From: Camelus dromedarius
Lineage: Eukaryota
Assembly: GCF_036321535.1 (NCBI RefSeq)
Contig: NC_087437.1
Location: forward strand, 121,646,001-121,710,000
Length of the DNA stretch: 64,000 nt
Direction of reading: 5' to 3'
Of this stretch, positions 51,630 to 63,199 are shown piece after piece. Position 1 is the first letter of the stretch; every line of letters begins with the position of its first letter. The translations under genes and the position numbers were made by a program. Under the pieces are notes generated by a model. The model worked only from the letters and a program-made list of their open reading frames with translations, ran no database searches and was not told the origin of the DNA.

Positions 51630-51780
51630 ATTTTTTTAATTAACTTATTTTTAAGTTTTTGTGGGGGAGGTAACTAGGTTTACTTATTTATTTATTTTTT
51701 TGGAGGAGGTCCTGGGAATTGAACCCAAGACCTTGTGGATGCTAAGCATACACTCTACCACATGAGCTACACCCTCTCCC
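51630..51780 (-). mobile_element. tRNA-derived SINE (Vic-1-like)
   Basis: 'gggggaggtaactaggttta...ctgggaattgaacccaagacc...atgctaagca...ctctaccacatgagctacaccctctccc'. Confidence 0.92.
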
Positions 51781-52544
51781 ATCCCAGTTTCAATTTTTAT
51801 TTATTCTAACATCTCTCCAGTGTTGCGACTGTTTTCTCTTGGAATTACTGAATGAACAATGCTGTCATCTGCAAATACTCAATTCCAATACTTACTCTTA
51901 ATTTCTTTCCTTGCCTTAGCACATTGTCTAGGATCTCAAGGATAGTCAGATGTTTATTCTTATCAAGTGATTACCATTTTAAAACGATTTTTAAAGGAAT
52001 GTGCAATATTTTACAATGAATTTCGGATGTCTGACAGGTAGCATTTAACAAGGAGGTCTGTTTTGCACCACATCACAAGAGGTTTTACCAAGAGTTATGG
52101 AATGCCATTAAGTAGCTTGAGATTGATTCACATGGTCACATGGCTTTTGCCCTTTGACCTGCTAAAGTGGAGATTTGCAGTAATAGGTGTGCTGACGTTG
52201 ACCCATCTTAAATTCCTGAAATAGGTTAACGTTCAGTGAGTGCACAGATGACTCCACTTGGCAGGGTTCTATTTTGATGAGGGAGACGAGTCTTCAGTGT
52301 GTGTGTGCATGCACACGTGCACTATCTTGGCACTGATTTGAGCTCCTCTCAATGCCTGATACATAACTGCATGTACTTCTTAACAGAAGTTGTGCCAATT
52401 CTCTTGAATTATATTTGGGACATGGGGCTTCTAAGCCAGGTGGCTTCACACGGGTCTTGCTCTCCCACATCTAAGCTATGACTTGGTGGGAGAGGGGGAC
52501 ATAGAAGATTAGGCACCTTTGCTGGAAATCAACTAACCATACAC

Positions 52545-55500
52545 ACATGAATCTGCTTCTTGATTCTCTACTTTTTTTCTATTGATCTGAATGTCTATCC
52601 TTTTACCAGCACTGCACTGTTTCATATACTGAAGCTTTATGACAAATTATTGAAATCAGGCAGAGTATGTTTTCCAACTTTTTCCCCCTTTTGACATTGT
52701 TTTGACTATTCTTGATCCTTTGCGTTTTAATATAAATTTTACAAGCAATTTGCTAATATTACCAACAAAATCTGCTGGAATTTAGCCCAGTATTGAGAGA
52801 ATTGACATCCTAACAATATTGAGTCTTCTGATCCAAACACATGACATAACTATCTTTTTATTTGGATCTCCTTTAATATCTCTCCATGGTGTTTTGTAGT
52901 TTTAGCATACAGATCTTGCATGTATTTTATTAACTTTATTCTTAGGTAGTTCATGATTTTATGCTACTGTATCTGCGTTGTTGTAAAATTTAATTTGCAA
53001 GACTTCATTGCTAGAATACAGAAATACAACCAAATTTCGTATTGCCCTTATGTCCTGCAGCCTTGCTAAACTCTCTTATTACTTCTAATAGCTTATATGT
53101 AGATTCCCAAGATTTTCTATATATGATCTATCTCATGTCCAAATAGGCACTTTTATTTCTTCCTTTCCAGTCTGTACACCCTTTATTTCTTTCTCTTGAC
53201 TAAGGCTTTCCTGTCTAAGATCTCCAGAAAAACATTGAATGGCAATGATGAGAGTAGCACCTTTGTTCCTTGTCTTAGGGAAAAAGCATTCAGTTTTTCG
53301 ACATGAAGTATCATGTTATCCATAAGCTTTTGGTGAATGTCCCTTATCAGAATGAGGAAGTCCCTTTCTACTCCTTTGCTGAAATTTTTAGAATGAACAG
53401 GTGTTTAATTTTGTCATACTCATTTTCTGAATTTAGGGAAATGATCCTATGATTTTTCTCCATTATTCTATTACTGCAGTGAATCACATTGGTTTTTAAA
53501 TGTTAAGCCAACCTTACATTGCTGGAATAGACCCTATATGGCCATGGTGTACTATCCTTTTTCTATCTTACTGGCCTTTATTTGTGAACTTGTTGCTAAG
53601 GACCTTTGCACGTGCATTCATGAAGGGTATTGGTCTGCAGTTTTCTCTTCTTGTAGTGTCTTTGTCTGATGCCAGGGGCGTGCAGGCCTCATGAAATGAA
53701 CTGAGAAGAGTTCCCTCCTCTGTCTGACGGAAAAGCTTGTGTAGATTTGCACTTATTTCTTCAATAAATATCTTAGAATACTCACTAGCGAAGCTATTGG
53801 GCTAGGGGTGTTCTTTCTAGGAAGATTTTGAGTTATGAATTCAATGTTTTCAACAGATATAGATCTATGTAGAGTTCTAAAATTTCTTCTTGTATCAGTG
53901 TGGATAATCTGTGTCTTTCAAGGAACCGGCACGCTCTGTCTCAGCTACAGAATACATTAGCCAAGGTGGAATTCTTTGTGATGCTCTTTATTGTCTTTGA
54001 AATCCTGCAAGATCTGTAGTAATGTTCATCCTTTCATTCTTGATACTGGCAATTATGTTAGCACTCTTTTCTCTTGATCAATTTGGCTAGAGTTTCTAAA
54101 AAACAAAAGAAACAAAAAAGCTAGTTTTTGTTTCAATAATTTTCTGTATTATTTGTCTGTTTTCTATTCATTGGTTTCTGTCCTGATCTGTAGTATTTGC
54201 TTTCTTCTACTTCCTTCATGCTTACTTGTCTGTTTTTCCCCTTCTAGTTTTGTGAGATGAAATCTGAGGTCATCTTTCTGAGATCTTTCTTCTTTTCTAA
54301 TGTGAACATTTAGAAATATAAGCATGTTTCCCGCTAAGCACTGCTAAGTTTCTTCCACCAATTTTGGTATGTTGTGTTTTCATTTTCAGTTAATTAAAAT
54401 AATATTTTTATTTCTGTGAGATTCCTCTCTGACTTGTGGTTTATTCAGAAATATGTTGCCTAAAATTTTCAAATATTTAGGAAGTTCACAGATAGCCACT
54501 GTGTAGGATTTATATCTTTTGAATTTGTTAAGGTACATTTTATGGCCAGAATATGGTCTATCTTTGTGAATGTCCACATGCACTTGGGAAGAATATATTC
54601 TTCTTCTCGAGAATTATTGCTGGATGGAGTTTTCTGTAAATATCAGTGAAGTCTAGGTAGTTTATAGCTTTGCTCATGTCTTCGATGCCCTGATGTATTT
54701 TCCTGTCTGCTTGTTCTAACAATTATCAACAGCAGAGTGTTGACAGCTTTAACTGGGAACCTGTCTATTTCTCCTTCCAGTTTTGCTTCCTATATTTTGA
54801 AGCCTGTTGTTTAGGTACATGCTCATCTGTGACTGTGCTGTCCTCTTAGAGAACTGATTCCTTCACCATTACTTAGTGTCCTGCTTTATCTGTGAAAATA
54901 TTCCTTCTTCTAAAGTCTGCTGATATCAAGATAGCTACTCTGACTTTCTTTTGGCTAGTGATTGAATGTTGTATTTTTTCCCCTTATGATGTAAATCTAC
55001 CTATATTTAACATGGATTTCTTGTAAACATAATATAGATTAACAAAAAAATCCAATCTAACCATCTCTACCTTTTAACTGGTGTGTTTAGGCCATTCACG
55101 TTTAATGTGATCATTCGTGATTGGATTAAAATGATAACTTTGCTAGGTGTCTTCTATTTGTTTCACCTGTTTTTGTTTGTTTGTTTCCCTTTTACTCATT
55201 TTCTGCCTCCTTTTCGTGAACTGAGTACTTTTTATCATTCTGTTTTATGTCTTTTTGATTTATTACTTTTGCCTCTTTAAAAACATTTTAGTGGTTGCGC
55301 TAGGATTTACAATATAAATCTTACAGTAACTGGAATTTACCTTCAAAGAGCATTAGACCCCTTCACATGCAGCTTAACGGCCTCACAATGATATATCCCC
55401 AATTTCTCCCTCCCACCCTTCCTGCTGTCATTACCATGCATTTTACTCTTATACTATCAACACAAAACAATGCTATTGTTTTTCCTCTAAATAGAAGCTA

Positions 55501-57220
55501 TAATTTATAGCAATTAAAAACAAGGGGAAAAAAGAAGTGTATCTTATCTTCATTTCTCGCGTTTGGGGTACTCTTCATTTTTTGGTGAAGATCCAGTTGG
55601 CAGAATGATATCATATTCTTCCTGACTGATGAACGTCATTTATCATTTCTCTTAGAGCAGGTGTGCCAGCATTAAACTTCTGGAGTTCTTGCTTGTCTGA
55701 GATAGTCTTTTTTTCAGCCTTAACTTTTTAAAGATATTTTCACTGGTATAGAATTCTGAACAGACACTTCTTTTCTTTGAGGCTTATAAAGACATTCCTT
55801 CACTGCCATCTGCCTTGCATGGTTTCTGAAGAGAATTCTGCTATAACTCATCTTTATTTCTGTTCACGTGGTGTATCTATTTTTTTCTCTAGCTGCCTTT
55901 GAGATTTTTTTTCTATGTCTTTTTCTCTCGGCAGCTTGACTATGTCATGTGCAGAGGTTTTTTGTTTTGTTTTGTTTGTTTGTTTTACTTTGGGGGGACG
56001 TTTATCCTGATGCGTGTGCTCTGTGCTTCCTTGATCTGTGGTTTGATGACTGTCATTAATCTTGGGAAATGTTCAGCCATTTTTCTTCAGATGTTTGCTT
56101 TAATCTTCTCTCTGTTTCTTTTCTTTCTTTCTTTTTCTTTTCTCTGCTTTCTTTCTGTGATTCCAATTATATGGACATCAGACTGTTTGATATTGTCCCA
56201 CAACTCTTGGATGCACAGCCCCATTCCTTCTTCACTCTTTTTATTCTTTATGTTACAATTAATTTAATTTATTTTGTATATGTATTTTTATTGAAGTATA
56301 GTCAGTTTACAATGCTGTGTCAATTTCTGATGTACAGCATAATGCTTCAGTCATACATGAACATACATATATTTGTTTTCATATTCTTTTTCATCATAAG
56401 TTACTAAAAGATACTGAATATAGTTCCCTGTGCCCTACAGTATAAACTTCTTGTTTATTTAATATATATTAGTTAGTATCTGCAAATCTTGGACTCCAAA
56501 CTTATCCCTTCCTACCCCCTTTCCCCACTGGTAGCCGTAGAAAAGTCATTTCTAAATTCTATTTTAAATTTCCCAGTTAGAGGTCAGGTTTTATATCCAT
56601 TCTGTCCCCAGAGGCCACAACTCTCGGTTGTAATTCAAGAGTTTTGAATTAAGTGATGCAGCTTCTACCCATTTCCTTTATTTGGAGATTAATTACCTTA
56701 GCCATCCCATTAGAGTTCAAGAAGCAATCAGTGGTCCCTGAGTACTTTTGGCCTTTAGCCTCACGCGTGCTCTGGGATGTGCTTCGCAGGTGACATTCTT
56801 AACGCCCCGGCTAACGTGCCTGGTCGTAAACACCCATCCACGGTTCAAGCGAAGCAGCTGAAGGTGTGTCTCCCACTGATGCCCATAGTGCTTCACCTCG
56901 TAACTTCTCAGGTATCATCCTGTGTGGGGAAAAAATATAAATGTGACCCCCTTCTTTGCTAACTGGAGGTGAGAAGCATCAAATCAGAACACCTAATTTT
57001 TTGCTCTAATGTGGCTTTCGGGATTTAATCTCTGGAAACTCTCATTTCTGTGTTATGATTTAGATAATTTCTATAGAGTCACTATCAGATTCACTGATTC
57101 TTTCCTCGGCGGAGGTGAGTTTACAGACAAGCCTGTCAAGACCATCCTCCATCTGTTTACTGTGCTTTCCCTTCTCCGCATCACCCGTTTTATTCTGTCT
57201 CGCCATTTCCATCTCTTTCA
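52545..57220 (-). mobile_element. Long old L1 (ORF2 through ORF1), antisense, interrupted at 56261-57046
   Basis: Continuous AT-rich antisense ORF2 motifs (e.g. 'tattgagagaattgacatcctaacaatattgagtctt', 'tttatggccagaatatggtctat') and ORF1 motifs ('ttgggaaatgttcagccatt', 'ttcactgattctttcctc'); no intact ORF. Confidence 0.9.
56261..56540 (-). mobile_element. Young L1 3'UTR (camelid-type), 3' part of a chimeric insertion
   Basis: 'ttttattgaagtatagtcagtttacaat...aatatagttccctgtgc...tctgcaaatc' is the reverse complement of ~2960-3200. Confidence 0.92.
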
Positions 57221-57239
57221 AGGCAGTACATTGCTTTAA

Positions 57240-57620
57240 GGAAACATTAAAAACAACCTAAATATCATTAATGATGGCCTCACTAAGGATGCTGTTTCCA
57301 TGGAATATGTGTGTAATCATTTGCGTAAAGGCACATATTCTGACATGGAAGGAGCTACAACACATATTGTATTAATAAAACAAGTTTTAGAACCACGAGC
57401 ATTGTCTCATATATGTTTTGAATTTTTGCAAAACAACTTTCTACATTGCTAGGGTAACAGAAAACTATAAAATGCATTTTTAAAACAGCGGAAGTATAGT
57501 GACAGGGAATAACTTGGCAGGAGATGGAGATTCAGAGGCAGGTCAGGGGACATTATCTTTATTAGTAACATTTGGGTTTTTTACTGTGAGCTGTAATCGC
57601 GTTAGCTGTATGTCTTCAGC
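57240..57620 (+). mobile_element. Old L1ME-like 3' fragment
   Basis: 'aacaacctaaatat...atggaata...tgacatggaa...catattg'. Confidence 0.55.
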
Positions 57621-58537
57621 CCGCTCTGGCTCTGATTGGGGGCGAGGGTGGGTGGAAGAAGGATGCTCAGACAAGGGGTGGTGGGGAAGGAGGTTGGAGG
57701 ATCTGTGTGGTACAAGTTGGTCCCACCCTGCAGGTTCCATCCTGGGGCCCCAGTGTCACTCGTGACAAAGAGCACTTTGAAATGCCAGTCTCAGCTGAAA
57801 TACGTCTGCCTTTCTTCTTCCTTTCCTCCCTCCCTTCATTCTCTCCAGTGATGCACAAAGCAAAGACACTACCCTCGGGGATCTGAATTCTACTGGAGGG
57901 AAGTGGGAAGGCCACAAGCAAATAAATGAACAAGTGAGCAAATACAGGAGAAAGAACGTTAGCCATAGGTGCCCTGCAGGAAAGTAAACGAGCCTGAGGT
58001 GGTGGCGAGTGCTGGTGGGCGGGGGGCGGCTCTGAGGACCGGGCTGTCATGCTGAGGTCTGCCGACCCAGAGGGTAGGGACGGGGCAGGGAAGGCAAGGG
58101 TCGCAGCCTCGCTGAGTGGGGTCAGGACTTGATTCAGGCTGGAAATGTTCCAGGGCCGATCTTGAATGTGTTGCCTGTGTGGTGCTGGCGGCGTGTACAC
58201 AGGTGGGGGCTGGTTTGCACGGAGCCGTCATTCCAGCTCATCCCGGGGGGTGGGGGACACGCAGGAGTGGAGCTGGGGTGACACGAGGCAGCTTTGCCAT
58301 GGCCACACCCAGGGGCTGGGGGGGGTGCTGTTTGTGCTGGAAGGCTGCCAGGTGGGCAGGAAACAGGGTGGGTTGAACCGCCGGACCCCTTCCTCCCATC
58401 AGTGTATGCTGGCAACATGCGTTTCCTTTATTGATGGGCCTCCGTGGGGACAAGGCGGTCCTCAAGACGTGGAAAGTTCGAGGTAGCTAGATGATGCTCC
58501 TGAGAATTCGGGGCCCTCCCCTTCCCCCTGTGACTCA

Positions 58538-58743
58538 GCAAGAGTGGAAGCACTTCTGTGCAGCAGTGAGATGAGAAATGGCAGCCCCCAGACCACTATA
58601 AACGTCCCCTTGTGACACTCAGGCAATCCCCTCTACCAGTGCAAGAGTGGAAGCACTTCTGTGCAGCAGTGAGATGAGAAATGGCAGCCCCCAGACCACT
58701 ATAAACGTCCCCTTGTGACACTCAGACAATCCCCTCTACCAGT
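58538..58743. repeat. Tandem duplication, 2 x 103 bp, one mismatch
   Basis: 58538-58640 equals 58641-58743 except ctcagGcaat vs ctcagAcaat. Confidence 0.97.
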
Positions 58744-60456
58744 GTGCTCGTCACTGCCTCACGTTCGAGTTTCCCATCACAGCACCACGTGGCCTGCATG
58801 GCTTTTCCTCATAAGCATTTCTCATCTAAGTTGATTTTTCACCGGGACGTAAGTAAGATCATTGCACGTAGGTCTCATTGTTCACTTGCAGTTTCCGAAT
58901 TCTGCCGACAGGACCCCCTCCAACAACACCCCCCCCCCCCCCCGCCGCTTCGTTGGCTGCCCTGCCCCAGGGCCCAGGGCCCGGCTGGTCGAAGGGCGAG
59001 GTCCCGGTGAGGCTGGCGGGCAGGGCTGAGATCCACAGGCCGCAAGAGGGAGTGGCAACTCTCGCCTTTCATCTGGCAGGTCATCCCTGATCATCCCCCA
59101 GAGGCAGGCATCACTCTAAAGCTGCAGCACAAAAAAGATAAAACACTCCCCAGTGCCCCACCTGAGCACCAGGTGGGGGCGGCTGTGAGGGCAGTGAGCG
59201 AGGGGGCCAGCCAGTCATGTCGGGACGAGTGTGTGGAGAGAATAAACTGGGGCGGTAGAGGAAGCTGCGGAGGGGCCGAGGCCAGCAGAGGCCAGCGCGA
59301 GGGGCCAGGGGTGCGCTGGTCCCTTGGTGGTCGTGCGACTGTGTCTCAGACATGGCAGGCCCTGTGATTAAGGAACCCGGTATGGAACTAGATACGCTTT
59401 TGGGACACACCTTGAGCTTTTCACAGCCGGCTCTGCCTACCGCAGAACTCTTCTTCCTTTCCGGATGAAAAGTTACTTTTGTAGCACAGTGAGCTGGGTG
59501 GTGTCCCTTTGGACACAGGGAGAAGGGACAGCCTGGACAGAGGTCAGATGTCCTGCCCTTTCCTTGCCCCCGGCCTTGCCTTGTGTGGCTGGCCCTGTGT
59601 GCACCCAACTCCCTGCACAAATCAAAGACCTCCCCAGGATGCACCCATGGAGCAGGCAGGCCACAGACTTCAGTAGATCCACTGTAGTTTTAGAAAACCT
59701 TGTGTTGATTTAAAATAAAATCAAAAACTTTTGGGCAGAGCCTCTGTTTCCTGCCGTGGGCAGATGTCTGTCAAGCATCCTGGGCTAGTGGGTCCCTGCT
59801 GGACGGGTGTCAGGGAGACCCCAACCCTGTGTTTCACCAGGACGAGCTGGGACAAGCACAACACTTCTCTGTCATTTGTCATTTCTCCCTGTGGAAGGGG
59901 CTGTGAGACCCTCAGCAGTGGAGAGAGATGACAAATAGCACAGGGAACAGAGAAGAAAGAGGTCGGATGGCGCTCAGGCCGGCTCCTCCCGGTTTCTCTA
60001 AGCTCCGCTCACCCCACAAATGCACCAAGTGTCCCAGACCACCTTTAGCTCAAGTGGGCCCTCTCCCCAGGCCTGCTTACCCCCAGGCCCTTAACTCCTG
60101 GATGTCTCCTGCCTTTTGTCTCCATCCCGCCCACTCTGAGCCCCACTGAGGAGCCCGCAAGGGCCTCAGCACCCCCAGCCCCACACAGTTCCCCCCACCC
60201 CGGGGTCTTTGTGGAGGAGGACGGGGCAGGAAGATGCACTGCTCATGTTGCTCGCTGACGTCTGGGGTTTTATTTTTCTTTGTGCACGTCTACAGTGTGT
60301 ATTTTTCTAGCGTGATCACATATTACTTGTATATATATGTGAATAAATAAAAATCTAAGAAAAAGATGTGAAAGCCATAGGACGTGTGGAGACACAGAGA
60401 TCGGTGGAAAAAAAAGAGCACAAAATACATATTTTCACAGCTTTGAGTTCGGCCAT

Positions 60457-60995
60457 TATAAAAGAAAAGAACAAATCTGACTCCATGTTGCATCCGTCCC
60501 TTTGGCTTTAACCCTGTGCCCTGTTTCCTAGGCTTAGTCTCGCTGGCTCCGCACCTTTTGTGAAAGAGTGTTGCCATCAGGCTGAAATACACAGGAGAGC
60601 CCATTCTCAAGGCTCTGACCTTAAGGATATTAAAACGTTTGCGCTCATATAAAGATAACAAGTTGCAGAATGGAAAATAACGTTTGTTTTGTTGGAGGTT
60701 TATAGGGACACCATGATCTGACCCACCTGAACAGCTGCAAGAACAAAGGATTCCAAGAACAAAGAATTCTTACACCAAGAAGTTTGCACCAACCAACCAA
60801 CCACACCCCTCCCCCTTTTAGTATAAAAGGAGCCCGAATTCTGACTTGGGGAGGATGGTTCTCCGAGACAGTAGTCTGCCATCTTTTCGGTCTGCCGGCT
60901 TTCCTAATAAAGTCATCATTCCTTGCCCCAACACCTCATCTCCCGATTTACTGGCCTGTCGTGTGGCGAGCAGAACAAGTTTGGACTCAGTAACA
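60457..60995 (+). mobile_element. ERV1 solo LTR with intact TATA and polyA signal
   Basis: 4-bp TSD ccat (60453-60456 and 60996-60999); ends ...gtaaca; TATAAAA at 60822-60828; AATAAA at 60906-60911. Confidence 0.88.
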
Positions 60996-61430
60996 CCATC
61001 ACAAATGTTTCACAGTGAAAAGTCCTATTTTTGTATTTGGTGTTGTAGCACTTTTAATCACACAAGATGCCCCTGGAAGCTGGGCCTCCCCACAAAGCCC
61101 ACAAAGGTGGGTTCACCCCTGCCTGGGGAGCTTCTAACCTGAGAGGGAGGAGAGGTGGTAAACCCCGGGCCCCAGGGTGGTCAGGGCCCCAGCGCTGCCT
61201 GCCCTGTTCCAGCCTCTCCTTCCCCGACCCGTGGTCAGACGGGCCTGGAGGGCAGGTGACACGGAAGAGGTCAGAGAACGTGCCCTTCAGCTTCCTCCCC
61301 TAGAAGCAGGGCTGCAGCCCCTGGACAGGTGGACAGGTGGGCTGTGAGCCACAAGAAGGGACGCCATCAGGACCCAGGACATACCGACCACGCATGTGAA
61401 CACACCACACACACAGGTGCACGTGGACAC

Positions 61431-62035
61431 CGAAACCAGGCCGGACCCTATAGGGCCTTCCCAGGTACAGAAGCCCCTCTGTGTCCCTTTTCTTGTTGGT
61501 AGAAAAAGCTTTAGTCCCTTAGGCCTTCCTTGAGTTCCAAAGGGCAGACACCAGAAGTTAACAATTAGGGAAGAAAGGGAACGCAGAGCAGAGGAAAAGC
61601 AGCATATCAAGAAAAGCAATGATAGCTTGAACAATAGTCGGCGATTAAACAGTCCAGCTCCTCCTCTCAGACACGGACAACAATCCAGTGCACGGCTGTG
61701 AAGGCCTCTGCAGGAACGAAGACCCCCGCCCAGTGCGGGATGGTGACTACATGCTGATAACTAGCACGCAGACCCAGACTGGTTGGAACCCGAAGGTTGA
61801 TGATTAAGGTTCCAAAATGTCACTCTGTTACCTCACCACCAGCCAATCAGAAGATAGTCCATGAGCTGCAACCCTCACCCCAAATGTTGCCTTCCCTGGA
61901 AGCCGTCGGGGGGTTCGGGTCTTTTGGGCATGAGCTGCCCGCCCTACGGAAATCAACACTGTGCTGTCCTTCACCACAACCCAGTGTCAGTGGGTTGGCT
62001 TTGCTGCGAGCAGACCCCAGTTGGGTTGGGTGACA
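61431..62035 (+). mobile_element. ERV1 solo LTR
   Basis: 4-bp TSD acac (61427-61430 and 62036-62039); (t>c)gaaacc...tgaca termini; CCAAT in 'agccaatcag'; homologous to 23490-23810 on the opposite strand. Confidence 0.82.
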
Positions 62036-62499
62036 ACACCAACAGACACGCGTGCACACACCACACATCATCCCAAAACAACACATGCACAGACTCACAC
62101 ACCTCCACCCCTCTGTACACACACACGGACAGACACACACACCACATGGACCTCACCCCACCCTGCCATGAAGCAGAAGTTTGGCATTTCTATTTGATGC
62201 TGTTCTTTTATTTTTAAAAGATGTGATCACAGTCCTCTGTTGCTTTCTCTCCTCCCCGTGAACCACGAGCTCCCTTTTCATCCAACCCGGAGAAGAACTC
62301 CAGGTTCCAAGGCAGGTAATGATGCTGGTGTGGGCAGGTGGACAGGCGCAGCAAGACGGGGCAGGCGCGGCCTGGGGGTGCAGAGCAGCATCCATCCGGC
62401 CTTTTAAGACTAAAGCAGACAGGGTGGGGGAGGGTGACGCGATCGGATTGGAATCCCAGCAGCCCCTCTGCTGAGGCTGAGGCAAGGCCAGGAGAGCCA

Positions 62500-62920
62500 G
62501 CAGGGGCAGGGGGAGGTGCTGAGGGCCACTGTCAGGATGGTCCAGGAGCAGCACGCTGGCTGAGGCCCAGGGAAGCGGTAGTGAGAATGGGTGGATATGC
62601 GAGGTGTGTGGAGGGTGTCTGGCTTGGGCGTGAGGTCAGGGGAGCCTCAGGGAGGGGCCAGCAGGACGTCTCAGGAGTGGGCAGGAGAGGTGTGGAGAGG
62701 CCTAGAGTCTGGGTAGGCAGGAGTCTACACTGCAGATGCTGCATGGCAGGGGGTCCAGGCGGGAGATGGACCCAGATCAGGAAGGGGCGATGGGGAAGGA
62801 GGGGGGCAAATCCTGAGGGTTTAGTTGAGTTACTAGCCAAGGGCCGTTTCCGGTCAGCTCTAGGGGACCAGGCCCAGGGAAATGTGAGTTTACTTTGAGG
62901 GGTCAGATGTGAGGGGCTCT
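62500..62920. mobile_element. Possible L2 fragment
   Basis: Purine-rich 'gtccaggcgggagatgg...gtgagtttactttgagg' resembles decayed L2. Confidence 0.35.
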
Positions 62921-63199
62921 GGTTGCCTGCAGAGGCCTGTTGGGTGGTCTGAGGACTGACCGTTCGTTGGGCAGCTGCCTGGAGGAAGGAGCTGGAGGCC
63001 TCAGGTCAGGCGGGGGTGGGGGATTCTCCCAGCACTGGCCTGAGGAAATGGAAAAGGCCAGACATAGCTCTGAGCTGCAGGGAGCCTGCAAGGCCCTGGT
63101 AGGCAGCTGGGCCTCCAGCAGGGAGCGGGGCCTCCTGGGCCAGGTTTTGGGGACAGGAGAGCGCCAGGGCGGCCACCAGAACCTTCGTGGGGAGCAGGC

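Noticed and set aside
56697..56919. C/D box snoRNA or scaRNA interpretation (ggatgat...ctga on the minus strand)
   Set aside because: Imperfect C box, no terminal stem, no match to snoRNAs I recall; an Rfam search would settle it.
58538..58743. CRISPR-like or other array
   Set aside because: Only two abutting copies with no spacers; eukaryotic context.
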